From the human T2T-CHM13v2.0 reference genome, Homo sapiens, in the NCBI RefSeq assembly GCF_009914755.1, contig NC_060931.1: DNA of 64,000 bases. One strand, written 5' to 3'. The notes under the pieces were generated by a model. That model was given only the letters and a program-made list of their open reading frames with translations, made no database searches and was not told where the DNA came from. The position numbers were made by a program, and so were the translations under genes. This document shows positions 56,265 through 64,000 of this stretch, piece after piece. The stretch's first letter is position 1, and each line of letters begins with the position of its first letter.

Positions 56265-57999
56265 ACCATAGATGCAGACTCTTTTAAAATTTTTTATTCC
56301 TAAACAATTTCAAATATACAGGAGAATTATTGAATAAATAATACAAAGAACTTTGGTATATCCTTCCCTGAGATTCACCAACTGGTAACATTTTACTACA
56401 TTTGCATCTCTCTGTCTAGATATCTACACAGACATCATTATTGTTCTAAAATAATTTGACAGTAAATTGTAGACATTATGCTCCTTTGCCCCTAAATACT
56501 TCAGTCTGTATTTCCCAAGAGCAAGGATATTCTCTTTACTAACCACAATGTAGTCAACAAAATCAAGAAACTTAACACTGATATAATACTGTTATCTATA
56601 GTCCATTTTCCACTTTTGTCAATTTCCCCAATAATGTCCTTGATAGTAATTTTCTCCTGATCCTAAGATCCAATCTAACATCATCTATTGCATTTGGTTG
56701 TCATATCACTAGTTTTCTTCAGTCTGGAATACTATGAGTTTTAATCATGAGTAAATGTTGAAACTTAATAAATGTGTTTTTCTGCATCTATTAAAACGAT
56801 AACATAGTTTTTTCCTCTAATTTGTTAATGTGAATTACCTTAATTGATTTTTCTAAAGTTAAATGAACTTTGCATTTCTTGGATTGATCCCAACTTAATC
56901 ATTATGTATTAATGTTTTAAAATATTACTGGACTTACCTTTCTAAACTTGGTTCAGAATTTTTGCATCTACTGATAATTTCATAGTGGGATTGGCCGTAA
57001 TTTACTTTCTCGTTATTTTTCAGGTTTTGGTGTCTGATTTATATTGATTTCATAAAAATGAATAGAGTGTGTACTATCTTTTGTACTCTTAAATCATTTC
57101 TGTAAGATTATATGTTTCTTTACCTGGCTAGTAAACCAGGTAGATTGTTTGTGGAACTATTTTAAGCTGGTGATTCAATTTATTTATTTTATGCAATAAT
57201 AATAACTTCTTGTTTTTATTTAATTTTTATAGGGGAAAAGCTCAAACATGTTCAAAATAGAGAGAATAATATAATGAACCCATGTGCTTATTAGTCATGT
57301 TCATCAATGACCAACACATGGCCCATTAAATTTTGTCTTTAACCTCATATACTTCCTCCTCTTTTTACTGGATTATTTTAAAGCAAATCTAAGTTAGTGT
57401 ATCATTTCATTTAAAAAATATTTTGGTAGGTTTATCATTTTTAATTAACAAATTTAAATTTTCATTTTGAAGTAAACTTAGCCTTTGAAAAAGTTGCAAA
57501 AGTAGTGTGACAATTTTCTGTGTAACTTTTACCCAGCTACCCAAGATGTCAACATCTTATGTAACCATAGTACATTAATGAAAAACAGAAAATTAACATT
57601 CTTATAATACTATTAACTACTCTATACACCTTATTCAGATGTCACCAACTGTCCAACGGATGTTCTTTTCAATTCTGGGATCCATTTTAGGATTCTGCAT
57701 TTAGTTGCATTTAGTTGTCATTTGTCTTTAGTCTCCTGAAAGCTGGTACAGTTCCTCAGTCTTTTCTTGTCTTCCATGACTAGGCCCATTTGAAGAGTAT
57801 GGCCAGTTATTTTGTAGAATCTCCCTCAATCTGGATTTGTCTGATGTTCCCTCATTATTAGATTGAGGTTATGCATTTTTGGCAAGAATACTACAGAAAT
57901 AATGTTGTGCCCTTCTCAGGGCAGCATATCAGCAGGCACAAGGTATCACTATGTCTCATTACTACCAATGTGAATGCTGATCAGTTGGTTAGAGTGGTA

Positions 58000-58864
58000 T
58001 GGTAGGCAGAATAATATCCCCAAAGATGTCCATATCCTTATCCCCAGAACCTGTGAATATGCTACTTTACATGGCAAAAGGGATCCTGCAGACGTGATTA
58101 AGTTAAAGATCTTGAAATGGGGAGTGATATAGGCAATGTTCGTGTCCCTCCCCCCTCCTCCCCCTGGCAAATTCATCTGTTGAAATCTTAACCCTCAGTG
58201 TGATGGTATTAGGAGGTGGAGGCTTTGGAATGTTATTAGGTCATGAGGACAGAACTCTTGTAAATGGGATTGGTGCTCTTATAAAAGAGACCCCAGAGAG
58301 CTCTCTTGCCACTCCACCATGTAAGAACACAGCCAGAGGAGAGCTGCCTGTGAACCAAGAAGCAGGCCCTCACCAGACACTGAGTCTGCCAGCACCTGGA
58401 TCTTGGACTTCCAGCCTCCAGAAGTGTGAGAAAGAAATTTCTGTGGTTGATAAGCCACCCAGCCTGTAGGACTTTGCTATAGTAGCCCAAACAGACTAAA
58501 ATTGGGAGATTATCCTGGATTATCCAGGCAGCCCCAACATATTCAGGAGAGTTCTTATAAGAGAAAAGGGAGGCAGGTGAGTCTGAGTCAGAGAAGGAGG
58601 TGTGATGATGGAAGCAGAGGTCAAAGTGATGCGGGGCCATAAGCCAAGGAATGCGGTCAGCCTCTAAAAGCCGCAAAAGGTAGGAACCAGATTCTCCCTG
58701 GGTATTCCACAAGGAATGCAGCCTGGCTGACACCTTGCTTTTAGTCCAGAGAGACTCATTTTTGGCTTTTGACCTCCAGAACTGCAAGACACTACATTTG
58801 TGTTGTTTTAAGCCACTAAGATTCTTCTGGTAATTTGATACCACAGCAATAGGATGCTAATACA
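58000..58864 (+). mobile_element. MLT1 LTR with a second MLT1A-type LTR (about 58124-58500) nested inside
   Basis: ccccagaacctgtgaatatg...gatcttgaaatgggg | inner LTR | gggagattatcctggattatcc...gcaataggatgctaataca. Confidence 0.75.
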
Positions 58865-59879
58865 AGTAGTGACTGTAGATTTCTCTGTAAAATTATTTTT
58901 CTTTGCAATTGTGGGAAGATATTATGAGACCATGTACATATCCCATTTCTTTTTATTTTTATTCACTGAATTTAGAATTTAGAATCTACTAATGATTGTT
59001 GCCTGCAGCAACTATTATTATGGTGTTTGCCACATGGTAATTTTCTATTTCTGTCAATCCTTCTGTCTTTATTAATTGGGATTCTACTGCAGTATCTCAA
59101 GGACTCAGTTCTTTTTTTAAAAAAAAAAACACAATACTCTTGTTATAGCTAAAAATTAACAGTAACTCCTCAATAACCTCAAATATCCAGTTGGTGTTCA
59201 AATTCCCCCAGATTGTTCTGATAAGATTTTTTAATTGTAGATTTGTCTTAAACAGGTACTACACAGACAGGGTTGGCACACTGCATTTGATTGATATGTC
59301 TCCTAATTCTTCCAATCAAAAGGTTCCCTCTTTTTATTTCCCTTGTCAACATTATCTATTGAAGAATCATGATATGCTCTAGAGAACTTCTCACATTCTG
59401 GATTTTTCTGATGGTATCCTGTAACTTGTTCCTGGTTCCCTCGTATTTTCTGTAATTTGGTAATTCAGTTTAGGATCTTGATCAGATTCCAGTTCAATTT
59501 TTTGGCAAAAACTCTATGTAATTAGTATTGTATACTCACAATTGTACATGCCAGGTGCGTATAATTGTCTAATTGTTGCTCTTTTGTGATATGCAGTTTG
59601 ACTGGGGGTTCAGGTGTTGCCAGCCTGATCCTCTATTATAAAATTCTGCCATCAACTTTTGCCAAATGGTTTCAGGAGCCAGTGATACTCCTTGACTCAA
59701 TCATTTTCCAAAATAGTAATTCTGTTTGTTTCTTTATTTGTATTTTTAGAGAAAGAATATATGTATTGGTTAGTGAAATCAGTCAGAAAACTAATAAAGG
59801 CTTACGCAAATAAAGGATGATTTTTCTCACTTAAGAAGGTTGGAGGTAGGCAGTGCAGGGTGGGGGCAGGGATTTGATG

Positions 59880-60460
59880 TGAAAGGAGTGAAGGACATGC
59901 CATCCCCAAATACGCTCAATTGGCATATTGATTATTTTGAGTTGAAAACATTGAGAAATTGTAGTTTCAGAAAGGACAAGCTGACCTATCTCTTCCTGCA
60001 TGTAGCAAGCTATAAAGATTCCTCTGGGAGGAGTACCCTCTCCATACCAGGGAGAGGAAATAGCCCTTATCACCAGAGACTTGGAATTGAATGCTACGAT
60101 GAACCTGAATAAACATACCTAACAAAGCAACCTTTATCTTCCACCTATTGTATACTCCCTCACATATATCTACTAGTGACTTCCCTAGACAATTTTGCTG
60201 CCCTGGCCACATTTTCTTTGTTCTGTCATTTCTTCTAAAATTTATTGCTCTTTTTCTAAAAAGTATAAAAGCATCTGGCTTTGGCCAGTTCTTCAGGCTT
60301 CACTCTCTTGTGAAGTCCCCATAGACATGTAGTAAAACTAATAAACTTTGTATACTTTTCTCTTGTTAATATGCCTGATGTCAATATGGTTTCTAGATCC
60401 AGGTAAAGAACTCATTAATAGCTAAAAGGAGGATTGGAGGTGCTCTCTAGCTCTCCTACA
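59880..60460 (+). mobile_element. MER34-family ERV1 solo LTR
   Basis: ggacatgccatccccaaata...ttggcatattgattattttgag...ctaataaac...ctctcctaca. Confidence 0.7.
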
Positions 60461-61107
60461 ATGTCATCAAAACCCTGTGTATCCTTCATGCTTTCTGCTT
60501 CACAGTCACAAAATGGCTGCATAGTTCCCGGCATCACATACTCACTCAAGACAAGAAGAAAGATGTAGAGGTGGCCTGGGTTGCTTTCATTCTTGTTATT
60601 AGGAACATAAAAGTTTTTCTTGAAGTTATTCATAGCTGCAAGAGACTGTGAAAGTGAGTTCTTAGATTTGTCTTTATAAAGGAAAGTAACAAATGTGAAG
60701 GGGCTTGGGAATGGATGGGAGCGAGTGAAACAATGTCACAACACTGGAGTCACTGTAGGAAGATTCACGAGAACTAACCTCAGGAGTACAGACTTTCTTC
60801 TGCAGAATATGAAGAACCATTAAAGATTTTGGTCCAGGGACCAACATATCCAACACGAGGTTGTAGAGACTGAACCCAGCAGGGCTGAGTTCAGCCAGGT
60901 GGACTGTGGCAGTGGGGCCTCAAGGAAAGGGCTCAGTCAAGAGGTGACTGGAGCTGTCCACCAGGGCAATTTACACAAGGAATTTGTGCCTTGTGACTAT
61001 TAAAAATTATTATTTCCATTTGTTTTGTAAACAGGAGAGATGACAAGCTCTAAAGCCCAGAATTTCTTTCTTGTTTTATTTAAAATCTATTAAGGAATTA
61101 AGAATAG

Positions 61108-61499
61108 CAATATAGTTTGGATATTATTCCCCTGCAAATCTCATGTTGAAATTTGATCCCTTAGAAGTGGGGATTAAAGCGAGGTGTTTGGGTCATGGGG
61201 GCCATCATCCGCCCATCTTGGCCTCCCAAAGTGGTGCCATTCTTGAGGGATTGAGTGAACTCTCACTCTCAGTTCCCTCAAGATCTGGTTGTTAAAGAGT
61301 CTGGCACCTCCCTCCTCCCTGTCTTTCCTCCTCTCTTGTCACATGATGCCATCTCTTATTCCCTTTCTGCCATGAGTGGAAGCTTCCGGAGGCCCTCACC
61401 AGAAGCAGATGCTGCTGCTATGCTTCCTGTAAAGCCTGGCAGAACCATATTGCCCAGCCTCAGGTATTCCTTTACAACAATGCAAAATGGACTAAGACA
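61108..61499 (+). mobile_element. MST-type MaLR LTR
   Basis: atatagtttggatatt...aaatctcatgttgaaatttgatccc...gccctcaccagaagcagatgctg...ggactaagaca. Confidence 0.8.
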
Positions 61500-61584
61500 A
61501 ATAGTGTATACTGCTGCACAACAATGTAAATGCACCTAATATCACTAGGCTGTATACTTAAAAGTGGTTAAGATGGTAAATTTT

Positions 61585-61889
61585 GGCCAGGCACGGTGGC
61601 TCATGCCCGTAATCCCACACTTTGGAAGGCTGAGGCGGGAGGATCACTTGAGGCTAGGAGTTCAAGACTAGCCTGGCCAACATAGTGAAACCCCCATCTC
61701 TACTAAAAATACAAAAATTAGCCAGGCATGGGGACACATGCCTGTAATCTCAGCTACTCGAAAGGCTGAGGCATGAGAATTGCTTGAACCTGGGAGGTGG
61801 AGGTTGTAGTGAGCTGAGCTCACACCATTGCACTTCAGTCCGGGCAACAGAGTAAGACTTCATCTCAAAAAAAAAAAAAAAAAAAAAAA
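61585..61889 (+). mobile_element. Alu
   Basis: Dimeric Alu; TSD aga(t/c)ggtaaatttt. Confidence 0.92.
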
Positions 61890-64000
61890 GACGGTAAATT
61901 TTATGTTATGTATATTTTACCACAATTAAAAATTTTGTTTTTAAATATATTGGGGAGAAAATGCTCAGAGAATAAATAATTCATCAGTAAATAAGAGATC
62001 AGGGTAGCAGGAAAGAAAAGAGGTACAGTATCTGACAGGGGCCACATTTAGCCCCCTTTTGGGACAAGAGGAAATGAGGAAGAGAGGGCATAGAAAGAGC
62101 ACTGGCCTTGCAGTTACTTGGGTTTAAAGCATGGTTCTGAATTTGAACTATTCTGTAACCTTCATAAGCTTCAGTAACACTTTCTGTACAATTGGGATAA
62201 TAGTACCACTTTCTGCCTATCATAGGGAGGATGTAAGGAATCAAACCAGACAGTGAAATCAAATAAGTAATACACTCTGAGTATACCCATTTTGTAAACT
62301 TTACCTCTCCACATTCCAAACAGGTTCAATTTGCTGCCAAGTCAAGCTGCTGCTATGAACCAGCCAGCTCTGACCTACCCATTGAATTTCATCTCAAGAC
62401 ACAGAACATTTGATTTCAAACCATAGAGTGAGGAGGTAGACCAGGGAGGAAGCAGCATCTGTATAGCACGTTTCCTTTCTCCTCCCACTTGCGGGCACTT
62501 GGGAAAGCAATCTGAGTGTTCCAAAAGGTCACACACTGTCTAGGCCATGTCAGTGGTGGCTATTCCTCGCTACAGCTGGTAAATTGATATTTAATAGATT
62601 TAATAGTTTTTCATTACTTTTAAGAGTCTGATAATGGAAACATTAAATAAATGTAACATATATAAATATAAATACAAAAGAATTGTGTGCCTCTTTTGCA
62701 TGTGGAATTTAAGAACAAGAGCTTCATCACTGCTGGGTCTGATATCAACATTGCCTGCTTAAAACATAGCAGTGGCTTACAAGGATCTTGACACTACACA
62801 GGATGGATGGCTTTTGGTAACATGGAAACTGGTCATCCTGTTTATGGATGGCTATTTTTCTGCCCTCCTTTCATCCCCTTTTCTCAGACAGTTCTATTGG
62901 TGAACATATTCACCAAAGTAGAGGAAGGGAGAGAAGATGAAAAATCATGTAGATGTTACAAGTGCTGTCTCCAGCAAGGCTTAGATAAGAGGATTGAGAT
63001 CATTGCACACCATCTACAAATGTCAAATATTTGTATTATTCAGATCCCCATTATGGCAGAAAACTGCTGAGTTATCTCCTTCCCTAGTCTTTATCTAGAA
63101 GGATGGTGTTTCTCACTGTATGTACTTGGGACTGCTAATGGCCCATGTGGATGAGCCAGGAGTTAGTCTTACAGTATTAATGATTATGACTTAGTTTCTT
63201 GGCTTGAATAGATAATTCATTCATCATTGCTTGACTGTACAAGACCAGTCCTTCATCACTGGGTGCACACACAAGTGGCTGTTCCACAGTGTTCCCAGGA
63301 GGCTTAAAGACCCCTGATTCCATATTTTGCCTTCAGATATCTGGGTTGGGGCCTAGTTTTCATGACTGGTTTAGACTTTCTGCAACTAAAGAGCTTAATC
63401 TTTGGTTCTTGGACCTCTGTGGATTTTGGTGGCCTCCAAAAGAGGAGTTGTGAAGGTTTCTCTAACAACCCTGACTCCACGGGTTCCTTACAGTCTCAGC
63501 CAAGTTTCCATCTGCCCCATCTCCCCCAGCAGCCAGTGGGAGAGGGTCTGACACCTGTGTGTTTATGAGAAAGTGGCATCATCTCGGTGCCTCACGGAGA
63601 GCTATGCCAGGCAGCTCCTCATTGCAAAGATGTGGTGTTTTTAACTAATACGGTATAACCTAGATATCAACCAGGGTCTCAGGACCTTTTCAGAGTTAGA
63701 TAAGATTGATTCAAACATTTTCCCATTGGTTGTAGAAGTACAGAGCTGTGGCAAGATTTATCTGAATTCCTGGAGGTTTTTTAGTATCAACTCTTCTCTA
63801 AATTAGTTTCTTTGCCAAGTTTTGTTCTCCTCTCTGCATCTGGCAGCTGTTCTTCATTTCTGCTGTTCCTTTGATCCAACCCAGGGTCACAGAGCTTTCT
63901 TCTGCTTTGCTACTGCGGTGGGTGGCAGCGGAGACAGAGGGAGACTCTGAGCCCTCCCATTAAAGCCCCTCTTCCAAAGCCTTGAGACGCAGAGTAGGCT

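Noticed and set aside
58200-58844. 202-aa minus-strand ORF
   Set aside because: Chance ORF across nested MLT1 LTRs.

Overview
This is human/primate genomic DNA, rich in Alu, L1, MaLR and ERV repeats, with no intact protein-coding gene, RNA gene or CRISPR array. The first half holds an unprocessed, 5'-truncated duplicate of SEPTIN7 on the + strand: seven exons equivalent to SEPT7 exons 8-14 at 3262-30633, plus the 3' UTR, with GT-AG sites intact. It is disabled by a 4-bp deletion, a nonsense codon and a 2-bp deletion. From memory it is probably SEPTIN7P3, which cannot be verified here. Its introns carry a TMEM250 (C9orf69) retrocopy (+), a PPP1R14B retrocopy (-, perfect 19-bp TSD), and a 5'-truncated L1PA that appears to carry about 1.9 kb of 3'-transduced DNA. 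The second half is intergenic: a MER11 solo LTR, a 44-bp-arm MIR-derived palindrome, an orphan CpG-rich region, a compound microsatellite, an 84-bp tandem repeat, and nested L1M/THE1/MER93/MLT1/MER34-type elements. I found no wholly new biological system. The best leads are the strong 5'/3' asymmetry of decay, which leaves an intact spliceable 99-aa septin coiled-coil ORF; the L1 3' transduction; and a frameshift-created 199-aa ORF in the TMEM250 retrocopy. Comparisons to parent proteins and repeat subfamily names are from recall, and repeat boundaries are approximate unless a TSD is quoted.
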